A stretch of DNA of 64,000 nucleotides from Octopus vulgaris (Eukaryota). The DNA is taken from NCBI GenBank assembly GCA_951406725.2, contig OX597821.1, positions 50,840,001 to 50,904,000 of the forward strand. Reading direction: 5' to 3'. Below, one piece after another: positions 41,958 to 56,441 of the stretch; within the stretch, counting starts at the first letter, position 1; each line of letters begins with the position of its first letter. The notes beneath the pieces are model-generated. The model was not told the DNA's origin. It worked only from the letters and a program-made list of their open reading frames with translations, and searched no databases. Position numbers and translations under genes: made by a program.

Positions 41958-42210
41958 ATAAGAAATACTAAATTTCTAAATCTCTCGTAGAGACATGTAC
42001 GGTGGTGGGGCGATAGAATGGTTGTATACTGTTAATCTTACACGAACGTGTCCTTATATACATTATGTAAATGTATATAAGGACACAGGGAAAAATGTGT
42101 CAAAGCCATCAGGAGGCGTCGATGCTTCCTAGGGCTATACAGCGGTGGTGTACCCCCCTACTGTCACGTTCGTGTTAGATTGACAGTAAACAACCATTCT
42201 ATATATATAT

Positions 42211-42256
<46 letters not shown>

Positions 42257-42387
42257 ATGTATATGTATATACACACATACATATATATATGTGTATATAC
42301 ATATATATGTATATATACATATGTGTATATATGTCTATATGTATATACATGCATTACATACGTACATACACGCACACACACACACAG

Positions 42388-42436
<49 letters not shown>

Positions 42437-42437
<1 letters not shown>

Positions 42438-43620
42438 AGAACTCTGGAATGGACAAAATAGCCTGTTTTGCTGTTTTGTGCTCTGATGAAAGATGTCTGC
42501 TTCCAAATACGTGAGCATGCAACATAAAGCTGAGCATGAAAGTAACACGTGAGTGTCAGTTCAACTCTAGAAACTCTGAGAGATTGTCTCAGAGATTCAG
42601 TGATGATCAAAGAAAAAGTCTGCGTCAGTAGAAACTCGCTATTCTGGGACTAAAATGGCATATCTGTCGAGGTGAGGGGTATATGTGGAATAAAATAATA
42701 TCCCTTGGAACCACTAGTTATCTTGGTGGCCTCTGTCATATGATGCACATATGTTTAGACAGCTATCTTTTACAGTTTTGTACAGTTTTGGAGCACGTAG
42801 CAACATAATGGGTGCTCTGACTATTATGTTGCAGATTGTGAGGAGAAAACGATCAGGCTGTTTACTATTGAATTAAAATGGCATTAATACCCTGCACCAT
42901 ATCACTTCTGAGAGTTAGGACGATGCATTCAGAAATCCATACAAGGTTTCTATAATTACGTGAGACAGAATAGATTTTTGCTTCCACTCCTCGAAATGTG
43001 TTGATGATTGTTCCGCCATGTTCTTAATTTTTGACAATTCCAATCTGTCCCTACTGGTTGCTGATAATTACCTTAAGCTGAAGTAAATGTTTTGCAGATT
43101 GGGTTGTTGAAACTTCCATATTAAGCAAAAATCTCGTGTGGAAAGGAAGATGAACAATTTCTTCTAATTTCCAAATTTGTTTCTTTGAGACATATTCTCA
43201 ACTCATTTGCTGACTTACCCTTTAAGACGACGGCCGTAATTAACCTTAAATTATCAGCCCATGACTCCAACCATAACGTTAGTGTTACCTTTGAGATAGA
43301 TCTTGACCAAAGATGCAATCAAAAACTGTTGGAAGTTTATATTACATTGGGATTTAATTTCATATTTTCAGCTTTTCTTGCTTCAGAATCTCTGCCACTA
43401 TTGCACACATCACTGTTATTGTGTGCATGTTTGTGCGGCATCTTTAAAAGAATGAGAAAACTTGTTATCTGTGGGAAAATATGCAGCAATTACAGATGTG
43501 GATACAGTAACAGCTATCTGCTTGAGTGAACAATTTTTGCGAAAATTAGGTTCATCAGAAAAGTTTTACCTTTTCTGTCAGAAGAATCAGGGAAAAATAT
43601 TCCTCCGCATCAAATGTCAC
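42437..43620 (-). mobile_element. Decayed Helitron RepHel, Pif1-type helicase domain
   Basis: GGIFFPDSSDRKGKTFLMNLIF (Walker A region), [46 protein letters not shown]...KT, in correct order. Confidence 0.85.
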
Positions 43621-44140
43621 CCATTTTTCGAGACATGTATATGTATAAGTTAATTTATTATTAGGGACCAAATGTAAATAGTTCTGGGGGAAGATACTGT
43701 TCTAGTTCTTGAATGTCAGAGCTGGTTATCTAAAGGCTCTCTCGACTGAGAGTTGCATAGTTCACGCTGGAACTGGTTACTCGCACTCCTCAAGATCCTT
43801 GTCAGACATCGATTGTATTGTATTTTCAATGAGATTCAGTAATATCAAAGGAAGAGCTTACTTATTAAACAGAGACTATTCCTTGACAGGAAATTTAATT
43901 TATCGAACCAGAGGGATGAACGGCGAACTTTTCCTTGGAGATGGAAGATGGAGCTTACTTGAACTCAGAAAATAAATATTCATGAACTAAATACCGCTAG
44001 ATACTTTGTCCGTCACCTAGAGAATCTGCCACTTCATCACCCTCTATAATTAAAATATTATTAATTAATTGTCGTTTCAGCTGACTATTAAATATTTAAA
44101 ATAGAATTTTAGTCGGTTAATTTATTTAGATTAAGTCATT

Positions 44141-44275
44141 ATACTAAATCTATTTTATATAATATGGATTCTATATTTGTTATTTCTTCTTTTTCTTTTC
44201 AGGTAAGTTTTTGCTTCTGTCGAAGAAACTATCTTAATTGCTTCAAATGAGTGTCTTTATTAACTACAGGTAAGT
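44141..44275 (+). other. Candidate recursive splice site (AG|GTAAGT) with 67-nt cryptic exon
   Basis: tactaaa branch-like motif, 65-nt AG-free zone, tttcttctttttcttttcAG|GTAAGT (44201-44208), second donor CAG|GTAAGT (44267-44275). Confidence 0.6.
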
Positions 44276-44995
44276 TATTTAAAATTATACCTTAATTGAA
44301 TTCTTTTGAACTGTTTTGTGGAAGTAGTGGAGTAGACTCCATGACTTACAAGTATCTCCATGAAGGGTGCGGATGAAAGCGATAGAGGAACAACTATTTA
44401 TGATGTATTCTGGCCCCCCAAAATTGTTTCAAATTCCTCTAATACAGTGGACTCTTTTGCAAGGGATGTTAAAGATTGGAGGGCAATGTTGATGTATATA
44501 GAAGATTAAACCATCCAACACCCACCACATACTTTATGTCAACCCAGTTTTATTGATATGGAGGGAATCAACGCAACTCAACAGTATTAGAAGTCAAACT
44601 GAAAGTTTTACATAATCCTTCAAATTCTCACAGAAACTGAGAAACGAAATCATTGACCATACAATTACAGTTGCATCTACCTGACTAAACTGGACCACAC
44701 ACACACACACTCACACGCATACACACACTCAGTTATTGTATAATCAGTTATAGTATTCACTATAATTTAGGTGTATCCACATGTAGGACGCAATGAATCG
44801 CAAGTTACTTAGTATGGAGTCCACAATAAGTTAAATCAACTCATTAGTTGTCGGTTGATGACAGTATACCGTAAGTATGTATATACATATACATACATCT
44901 ATCGGCATATATAAATGTACACGTGTAGACAGATACATATATAAATATATGCATATATAAATATATGCATATATAAATATATATATATAAATATA

Positions 44996-45056
<61 letters not shown>

Positions 45057-45672
45057 ATATATATACATAGGTAACAAATCCAGTATGAACCGTAGATCCA
45101 GCCCAGGGCTGGTTCTACGTGTGGCATATATGTAAAGAAAGAACACATGTATGGTTCAAAACCCACAACAGTTGCTTCGGCAGCATTTTATTGATGCAAT
45201 GTTAGATTACATGACATCAAAAACCTGCCCTGGTTAGGTAAATTTGAAACATATAAACAGGTAAGGTAAAAACACAAGATGGCCGGTCAACCAACAATGA
45301 AGGTGAAACAGTGGTAGTTGGTGAACTGGTCCCAATCATAAACAGATCAACTGCAAAGGCTGTACAACTAGAAATTGCGGAACCCTCATCTGCTGCGTAT
45401 CACAGGAGAATCCACCATTTGTTTGTTTGTTTGTTTGTATGTATGGATTTACGGATGGATGGATATACACACATACACATGTATCCATTTCATTATGTTT
45501 TTCTGTACAAATTTTGTTTCGTCATTCTCCGTTTTTTTTCATTCTCAATACTTCCTATCGAAGAGGGAAAGCTCGAAACGTCGAAAACTTTTCCTTTCTT
45601 CCCGAGTAATAAACTAAAACACCTGTTTGTTGTTCTTTCATCCGTCTTAGTCTTTTGTTTTCTGTAAAGTTA

Positions 45673-46158
<486 letters not shown>

Positions 46159-46371
46159 AGTTGTATTCCGTTAGGAATGTTAGTGTTTGTTTATGTGTGT
46201 GCACGTATATATACCCCATCCTACTTGTCAGAACTGAATAGGTGAACTCACCACGCAAGAGGTCATCTTTTGGTTGAAAACATAGCAATACTGACCATTC
46301 CTAAATTTTCCTTTAGATTATTCTTGATACACTTAATTCCCCCACTGTTCCCAATTACTATTAATCTTATT

Positions 46372-46470
46372 TTCTTCTTCTTCTTCTTCTTCTTCTTCTT
46401 CTTCTTCTTCTTCTTCTTCTTCTTCTTCTTCTTCTTCTTCTTCTTCTTCTTCTTCTTCTTCTTCTTCCTC
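46372..46470. repeat. (TTC)n / (GAA)n microsatellite
   Basis: Direct reading, about 32 units. Confidence 0.95.
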
Positions 46471-46706
46471 TTTTTCTTTTTCTTCTTGTTCTTAAGTTGT
46501 GACGTATATGACTTGAGATGTTTATCTTGCCTTAACGTTTGTTGTCCTCTTTAACAATTATATATCCGCTATATCGGAAATCTACAATTACTCCATAACT
46601 ACCGTCTCGGCTATAACTCTAGAACCCTGGTAATCCCTTATAGCACATACCCAGAGTACTTAATCGTTTAGAACGTCTGTGAACTAAACCCCATATTTTG
46701 TATGTA

Positions 46707-47089
46707 CTAGCAGTATCGCCCGGCGTTGCTCAGGTTTGTAAGGGAAATAACTATAAAGCATTTTTAGAGAGTTATAGCCAAAAAATAGCAAAAAAATGGA
46801 AAAAAATGATGGTAAATTTTTTTGAGATTTAAAAAAGGTGGAGTTGCGTCCCCTAGACAGTTTGTGGTTCGTGTTTCTGATTCTCGACCCCATGTCGAAT
46901 TTATCGATTTTTTTCAGAACTGGGGGAACTTTTCAAAATTTTAGCTGCGTTAGTTTTGAATTATGACATTGGGCTATGTGTGTGTCAAGTTTCATCAGAA
47001 TCGGTTGAAAGCCGTGGTCAGGGTGAGGGTACAAGCAAACAGACACACAGAAACACGCACAAACAAACTGCCGTTTATATATAGAGAGA
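46707..47089 (-). mobile_element. Complete non-autonomous Helitron
   Basis: Minus strand A|TCtctctatatataaac...cctgagcaacgccggg hairpin...tactgCTAG|T; AT target site, no TSD. Confidence 0.88.
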
Positions 47090-47682
47090 TATATATATAT
47101 AAAGTAGAGGATATTGAAATAAAAAATCACAGGCAAACGGATCCCCGAATGCATAAATTAAGATATTCAAACAATGTAATTGAATCATATATATTTATAC
47201 ACATCAACATTAGTTATGCATAAAACATCTGTTTGACTGCCTATGATTTGTGTTTTCAATTTCCTCTACTCTGAATTTTTTCGTATTGGTTCTCTATGAG
47301 CACTCCGTAAATAGCTCATACTTTCGATAACATAATTAGTATTATATATATATATATATATGTATATATGCGTGTGTGTGTGTGTGTGAGTGAGTGTGAG
47401 TGTATCAAAAGGATGTATTATAACACTATTCCACATATACAAAAACAGCCATACCAACAATCCAACATACCTCCATCATCAGCTGCCCCACGGATATCAT
47501 TATGGTTTCAACACCTGAACGGTGCCATTCAATCCGCAGGTGTCAACTGCACTAAAAGAAGTGCTGTTTGGAAAAAAACATACCAAAAAACTAAACATAA
47601 CTTTCACGCACATCCTATATACAACAGTATTTAATCAAATGTAGGCAGGATTAAATACTAACTTTAAAATTAAACTACAACA

Positions 47683-47702
47683 TATGTGTATATATATGTA
47701 TA

Positions 47703-47761
<59 letters not shown>

Positions 47762-47813
47762 GTAGATATATATACATATATATATATATGTAGATATATA
47801 TATATATATGTAG

Positions 47814-47859
<46 letters not shown>

Positions 47860-47889
47860 GTAGATATATATACATATATATATATGTAG

Positions 47890-47956
<67 letters not shown>

Positions 47957-48218
47957 TATACATATATATATGTAGATATATATACATATATATATATATT
48001 TATATGTATATATATATGTATATATATGTATATATATGTATATATATGTATATATATATATATATATGCATATATATATGCATGTATATATATGAATATA
48101 TATATGCATGTATATATATTCATATATATATATGTATATATATATGAATATATATATATATATGTATATATATATATGAATATATATATGTATATATATA
48201 TATATGCATGTATATATA

Positions 48219-48272
<54 letters not shown>
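47683..48272. repeat. Long compound (TA)n array
   Basis: Direct reading. Confidence 0.95.
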
Positions 48273-48274
<2 letters not shown>

Positions 48275-48574
48275 TTTGTATATATGTGTTGTGTGTGCAT
48301 ACGAGTGCATATATAATGGCTAACACATGTATAACAGTGTGAAATATACAGGATGCGAGGTGTTTAAATTTCTACTAAATTTTTGATTGATACTGCACTG
48401 CGTAATGATAATTCATGCCTTTAGCTTGTGAATCAATAAGTTTCTAAATGTATACAAAATTATTTGTCAACTAAAATGTATGAACACACTTGCATTATAC
48501 ATGCGATCAAAATCAGGCACATGTAAACATAAATGTATGTCTGTGAGTATATATATATATATATATATTATTAT

Positions 48575-48630
<56 letters not shown>

Positions 48631-48918
48631 ACTTGAGTGCATGTGGTGGTGCTAAACAGATTCGATACATTTGAATACTTTTATGTGAGACTTACACCTG
48701 GTCTTTGAAATATCATGAATTGTCATTGAATGATCTGTTATTAGAGAAGCTACCATATAATACAGTTTCAAAATTATATTGTTTTATTCTTTTCCTCCAC
48801 AAAATGCTTGCAATATTTACTTATGATACGTAAATGTACCTGTGATTTTAAACCATTAAGATAGATAAAATAACGCCTCACACAAGTAACATTTGATATA
48901 TTTATTAAGGCGTCGTGC

Positions 48919-49304
48919 GTGGAGGCGCAATGGCCCAGTGGTTAGGGCAGCGGACTCGCGGTCATAGGATCGCGGTTTCGATTCCCAGACCGGGCGTTGT
49001 GAGTGTTTATTGAGCGAAAGCACCTAAAGTTCCACGAGGCTCTGGCAGGGGGTGGTGATCCCTGCTGTACTCTTTCACCACAACTTTCTCTCACTCTTAT
49101 TTCCTGTTTCTGTTGTACCTCTGTTTCAAAGGGCCAGCCTTGTCACTCTCTGTGTCACGCTGAATATCCCCGAGAACTACGTTAAGGGTACACGTGTCTG
49201 TGGAGTGCTCAGCCACTTACACGTTAATTTCACGAGCAGGCTGTTCCGTTGATTCGGATCAACCGGAACCCTCGTCGTCGTAACCGACGGAGTGCTTCCA
49301 TTCC
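48919..49304 (+). mobile_element. Full-length tRNA-derived SINE with 12-bp TSD
   Basis: A-box tggcccagtgg, B-box gtttcgattcc; TSD AAGGCGTCGTGC at 48907-48918 and 49305-49316. Confidence 0.9.
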
Positions 49305-49495
49305 AAGGCGTCGTGCTGGCAGAATCGTAATGACGTCGGGGAAATGCTTTGCGACATTACAACCGTCTTTATATTCTGAGTTCAAAATCCGCCGAGGTCG
49401 GTTTTGCTTTTTATTCCTTTCGGGGTCGATAAAATCAGTGCCAGTTAAGTACCCTCCCGAAAAACACAGGCTTTGTGCTTATAGTAAAAAGGGTT
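49305..49495 (+). mobile_element. Meta-like SINE interrupted at its 5' end
   Basis: gagttcaaaatccgccgaggtcgg...cctttcggggtcgataaaa. Confidence 0.75.
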
Positions 49496-49854
49496 ATATT
49501 TCCATTTAGCATGTAGTCTAATGATCTTTTCCAAACTAATTTCCTGTTGTATATTTCCTTAAAAGAAAGGGAGAATCTCAGAATAAGTCCGCATGTTTAA
49601 TACATGCAATAGAATATAACTATTTAGTTAAGATGTCTTTGAAAATTTCTAACGTATATTCTCTACTATTGCTTTCACTTTCTAACTAATATATTTATTT
49701 TATGGATACCAAAAATTCAATTCATTTTAGTAATTCCATTATTAAAAACAAATATTAACTTTTACTTTTTTCACTTTTCATTAAATTTCCCAATTCAATG
49801 ACTTCGATAGGTCTGTCTGTCCCCCCTCTTTCTTTATATATATATATATATATA

Positions 49855-50055
49855 CATATGCAGCACGGACTTTGTCAGTGAACAGGTCGCGGATTTTAGC
49901 GACGAAAATATTTTGACAAATTAAACTTAAATGTTGAAGTGAATCGAACGGCTTTTGTGTGTTTCTTAAATGGCTTATAAACACCTTCCGCTGCAATTGT
50001 TTTCGTTTCAGCACACGATCTCAGATCAAATTACTTGCTATGCGAGTACATCTCC
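49855..50055 (+). repeat. Interspersed repeat with hammerhead-like architecture (copy 2)
   Basis: tttgtca-gtgaacag-gtcgc/ggatttta/gcgac-gaaa-atattt-tgacaaa. Confidence 0.7.
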
Positions 50056-50056
50056 G

Positions 50057-50134
<78 letters not shown>

Positions 50135-50847
50135 ATAAAATATGAGCATATTTATGTGTATATTTACAAACAGGTTAATATGTATATAATGAGAGAGAGA
50201 GAGAGAGACAAAGAGAGGCAGGTGATTTGAAAAGAATGACAAATTGGCACCTTAAATTATCACTTCAACAGTTGTGTAGTAACTGATCATAAGAAAGGAG
50301 TACAATCTCAACCACCTCAGGAAAAAGACCCCTTTCTTTCTTTCTTTCTTTTTTTCACTCTAATCAAACCTCCAAAAATCCACCACATTTTTACACTTAT
50401 ATGTAAACAGAGAGAAAGATAGGAAGAGATGCTTTCAAAACAATAGCTAAAACAAAATTGACATCCTAAATTGTCATTGACTTCAACAGCTGTGTAGCAA
50501 CTGACAATAAGAATACAAAATTAATTCACCTGTCTCATAAAATGAGCACTTTCTTTCTTTCTTTCTTTCTTTTTTTCTTTCTTACTTTCTTTCCTTTTTC
50601 TTTCTTTCTCTCCTTTTCGCTTTTCTCTCCCTCTAAAAATTCACCACACACATATACTTACTCATACACATGCAAGTAACCCACATGCACACACACACGC
50701 ACACGCACACACACACTTCATCAAGGAATCCTCTCTAAAATTGAAGGTAAAGTGGAGAATTTGAATTATTCCAAATGTGGCTCATCTCTACAAATGTTCA
50801 GATATATATATATGTGTAACATTGGGATGTTCAAGCTTTACGTATAT

Positions 50848-50881
<34 letters not shown>

Positions 50882-50917
50882 ATGTGTGTGCATGTATATA
50901 TATATATATATATAGAC

Positions 50918-51421
<504 letters not shown>

Positions 51422-51650
51422 TACTAATTTAATAGTATATTTATTCCACACCAAGTGGCCTAGTGCTACGAGAAACCTGGATTATTATAATATTTTATAA
51501 CATATTATAATATTTTCACAAAATAAATATAAGAGAGTGGTCATAATTGATCACTCTAGCATATATAACCACGAAAATATATGAAAGCAGTACGACTATC
51601 ACGGACAGGGCAAATATAACTATCTATTAATGAATTAAATGTATTAAATG

Positions 51651-51691
<41 letters not shown>

Positions 51692-52099
51692 TTGTTATTA
51701 TACTTATTTTACTTACTGATTGATTTTTCAAATTGTTAATTTGTAAAAAATATACTAATGTATTTTCATGCAGAACTATACTTTATCAAAAAAAATCCCT
51801 CCCAAAATAAATGTTTAGAAGGGGTATATTCTAAATATAAATCAAAGAGAGAATAAGAAAGGAAGAAAAGGGAAGGAAAAAGGAAAGAAGAACAGAAGAA
51901 ATAGAAAATGGAGAAAAAAATAAGTTATACAAAGCAAAAGACTGTCAGTGATGATCAAACCACACCTGTTTTTTTTTAAGAGGTCACCATCCTTAAACCC
52001 ATTCCAATACAATGGTAAAGGAGAAAATAATCAAATAAATGAATGAATGGGGAATAGGAAGATGTATACTCCTTCTCTCTCTTTCTCTCTACCCATCTG

Positions 52100-52165
<66 letters not shown>

Positions 52166-52516
52166 CATTATCCATCCATCCATCCATCCATCCATCCATC
52201 CATCCATCCATCCATCCATCCATCAGCCTACCTCTATTTCTATCTATGCATCTCCATTTTCTTGGAACCTCACAAAAAAAAAACCAAAAAAAGAAAAACA
52301 ACCTTCTCTTCTAAAAGCATCTATTTTATATAAATGAATAAGCTGTTTGTACATTCACAAAATTGTATTTGACAAGTTCTAGAAAGGAACGAAAGCCCTT
52401 ATAATAATGAAGAAGTAAAAGGATTTTTTTTCCAAACTTCTGACGACTTTTTTTTCAATATTCAATACTGTATATCACACCTAACACTCTAAACACACAC
52501 ACACACACACACACAT

Positions 52517-52559
<43 letters not shown>

Positions 52560-53982
52560 CATATCCAGTTTTCTTTTACAAAATCACATTACCTTGAAAT
52601 GTAAAAAAAAAACTAGAATATTACATGAGTCTAACTCATTATTCATAATTAGTTCAACTAAAAAAAGCTTTAAAAAATGTTTGCCAGTACCTCTTCCATA
52701 ACGTATGGAAATAAAAAAAAGTATGAATGAAGGAAAAGTTGTAAACTGTAATTCAATATAACGAGGCGTATGAAGCAACATAAGGTGTTATGTGTAACAT
52801 GATGTAAGCTGCAACTTACCGTTCGTATAAGCTGTAACATAACGTGATCTAGAACTTACGTGTTTTAAGCTGCAACAATATTTTATTTTACGTGGTGTAA
52901 AGTGCAGCGTTTATTATTTTATTTAGCCACATCGTATTCGATGTAAAATACTTTAGGGAAATTATTTCTGGTGGTGAAAGGAATATTCATAAATATAGCG
53001 TGTGTTAATATAGTGCTGAAAAACGATGTATTGTATATAGAGAACTCATTTCCTGGGTTGACAACTTAAATTGCGGTTTTGATCAAGCTAAATCAGAACT
53101 GCTAATGTAACATTCGAAACTAGAAGTGTTTTTGTATATTTTTGTATTGGGATCATAACATAAAGAATTTGAAAGATAACTATCCCTTTCGTATCGAACG
53201 CCAATCGATCAAAGTAGAGTTTCCTATTATATATGTCCCCGGGAAAACTGATACAGAAATGTCGAATAAAGATTCCCCCGTTTTTTTCATTCAAGAAATA
53301 CAATAACTAAAAGAGATTTGAACACATGACACGTGTTAATATAGTAAAATACCAGAGTTTCTCGTCCGTTTCATCTTTACAGCAAACTATTTAAAGGTGA
53401 ATCCGATTAGGAACAAAACCAACAAGAACAACAACGAAGGAACTGAACCATTCCACTTGAGTGAGATAAATAAGCATTGATTGATTAGTGAATTGTAGAT
53501 TTCGTTGGCTTAATGCTACATTAAACTACGAAGAAGTATCGGCTCAATGAGCAGTTACAGTTCGCAAGAAACAGATATTAATTTTAGGAGAGATTATAAA
53601 GTACAACTGTTTTATTCTACCTCACAGATTTAGGCATATGACAGTATTTTAGCTTCTTTATGCATGGTTTGATGCTATACATTGATATATTGATGTAAAG
53701 GTTAATGAGATACAGTCTAAACGTAATTTACAGGAAGCTCTCTCTAAATAAACAGTGACAATGACACTCCAGCCACCCCGACACACATGTATGTGTACAT
53801 ACTCACACACACCAACACATACGCACATATATATGGACTGTACATACTCTATAGATACATACACGCACACATAAATGCACATATAGTTATGTATGTATGT
53901 ACATATATGTACACGTAAATGCATATATATTTATGTACATAAATATATCAATATATATATGCGCATATACCCTTTATACAAT

Positions 53983-54045
<63 letters not shown>

Positions 54046-54049
<4 letters not shown>

Positions 54050-54335
54050 AGGCACAATGGCCCAGTGGACTCGCGGCCGTAGGATCGCGGTTTCGATTCC
54101 CAGACCGGGCGTTGTGAGTGTTTATTGAGCGAAAACATCTAAAAGCTCCACGGGGCTCCGGCAGGGGGTGGTGATCCCTGCTGTACTCTTTCACCACTCT
54201 TTCTCCCACTCTTTCTTCTGTTGGCCTGCTCGCTTAGCCAGCGGGGTGGCGTCATATGAAGGCTAAAACAATGCGAAGCGCATTGTGACCGGTGATGTGT
54301 AGCAACATCTGATAGCCTGGTCGGTCACTGTCACG
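54046..54335 (+). mobile_element. tRNA-derived SINE
   Basis: Same head as 48919, tail as 24135. Confidence 0.85.
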
Positions 54336-54338
54336 AAT

Positions 54339-54386
<48 letters not shown>

Positions 54387-55417
54387 GAACACACACAAGC
54401 ATATGCTTGTACCAGAAGAGTTAGAAGAACGGTTCTCTGGTATAATCCTTAGATGTTTTTACCAATACAGTCAGGTTCTTCCTGGTCTTAGTGAGGAGCA
54501 TTTCTCTAGATCCCGTAATGTTAAGGCCAGCTATTTCTAATAACTCAAACTAGAACAAAATCAAACAAACATCCACACAGTCTTACCACTCTAACTACTT
54601 AATCGTCGAAATGAGTTGCATCTGGTAGACATAAGATGTTTAGAATATTAAAACATTTCAAACTAATAACATATTCTAACACCTAATACTTTTATCATAC
54701 ACTTCGTCAAATAAATTAACATAATTCCATTAACCTTTGAACTCTCTAATATTCACTTTCAATGAAACACAAAAACATTTTGAATATAACACCCAGTTTC
54801 ACAACAATAACAACAAACAATGCAATCCAACACACATTACGACTGTTTTAACTGCTCTTCTTTTCTTTTTATTCTTTTGCAAATTAATAGTGTTGTATCA
54901 AAGAAACTCCACATTAATAGCCGATAATTCCAAAACTTAGAATATTGTACAATTCTGTGATTTAACGTATAAATGACATTACTTAAAACTAGACTCAGTT
55001 AGCTCACCATTATTAATTGTATCAAGTACATTATCAAACTCGTGTCTATTTCATAAAAATCACCAATGAAATCAGTGCCAATAGTTTTTTTTCTGCAAAT
55101 AATTATAATAAAAATTGATTTTCTAACTCGTCTAATTTAATGAATTTCAGATGTATAGAGCTAATAATTGTTTCATACTATGCAAAATAGTATTTTATTT
55201 ATTAAATCCACTTCAATTGTATCCAATAATAATTTTTATTTTTATATTTGCATTTCAATGCACACATTCTCTTATTTCGACGTTAATGTGTTATTAAATA
55301 TATTTGATTAGACACTAACATTGTTTTTGCATATGAAATTATTCTCAATAACATCTAATTTTCTTTAATATTATTAGATTGTTATCACATTGAAAATGTA
55401 TCCAGTGAGGTGTATTG

Positions 55418-55488
<71 letters not shown>

Positions 55489-56240
55489 CATGGTATCAAA
55501 AATGTCCCTGATTATTTATGTAGCGCGCCAACAGATGGCAGCATATAGTTGCGAGCGCAGTGAGAACTAACAGTAACCTTCATGAGGCAGTGTGCCCAGT
55601 GACGTTGCTGTGTTTACTTCGCAAGTTGTGTAATTTATGTTTATGTGATCACGTGTATGCTATTGTCTGCGATTTCTTTCATGGACATGAAGTTGGAACA
55701 AAGAGCCAGCGTGAAATTTTGCGTTAAACCTGGGAAGTCAGCTGCAGAGACATTGAGCATGCTACAGTAAAGTTACGGCGATGAGGCAATGGGTCGTACG
55801 CAATGTTTCGAGTGGCTTTAATAGGACGCTTTAATGGGCACAACAGAACCGCAGCTTAATCAACAGAATGTTCATCGTGTTTTCGATATCCGCGGTATTA
55901 TGCATCGAGAATTCGCCCCCAGAGCCAGACCGCGTGGTTTTGAAGTCTTTGAGGGAGGACATTCAGCGAAAGTGACTGGTTCTGTGGAGCACAAAGTATT
56001 GGATTTTTCCCAACGACAATGCACCCTCTCATCGAGCTCTTCTCACTTGTACGTTCGTAGCCCAAACAACATGGTATCTCTTCGGCACTCACCCTATTCA
56101 CCAGATTCAATACATGCAGACTTCCATCTCTTCCCCACGATGAAAATTCATCTCAAAGGTCGAGTTTTGACATCGTTGTCGAGATCCAGAGAGAATGGTA
56201 GAGTGTCCTCGAATCGCTTACAGAAAACAACTTCCAGATA
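55489..56240 (+). mobile_element. Internally deleted mariner transposon
   Basis: MDMKLEQRASVKFCVKPGKSAAETLSML*SYGDEAMGRTQCFEW at 55681; FDIRGIMHREF; DNAPSH; HSPYSPD...DFHLFPTMKIHLKG. Confidence 0.9.
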
Positions 56241-56242
56241 AC

Positions 56243-56441
56243 TTATAAACAAGGGAAAAAGAAAAAAATCCAGTGCCTAATATGCCGAAAATAGACTTAA
56301 TCGTCAATAACTATATAATTTATCACTACAAGCACGCGTCTCGAAAGCAAGCTTATAGTGATAAATTATATGGTTATTGACGATTAAGTCTATTTTCGGC
56401 ATATTTGGCATTGGAATTTTTTCTTTTGCCCTTGTTTATAA
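56243..56441. repeat. Fold-back inverted repeat, ~90-bp arms
   Basis: Arms 56243-56333 and 56351-56441. Confidence 0.9.

Noticed and set aside
48919-48995. tRNA-like sequences (also 31677, 51210-51283, 54046)
   Set aside because: SINE heads: acceptor stem does not close and they continue into SINE bodies
52775-52910. Degenerate ~22-bp repeats (taagctgcaac)
   Set aside because: Too irregular to assign any function
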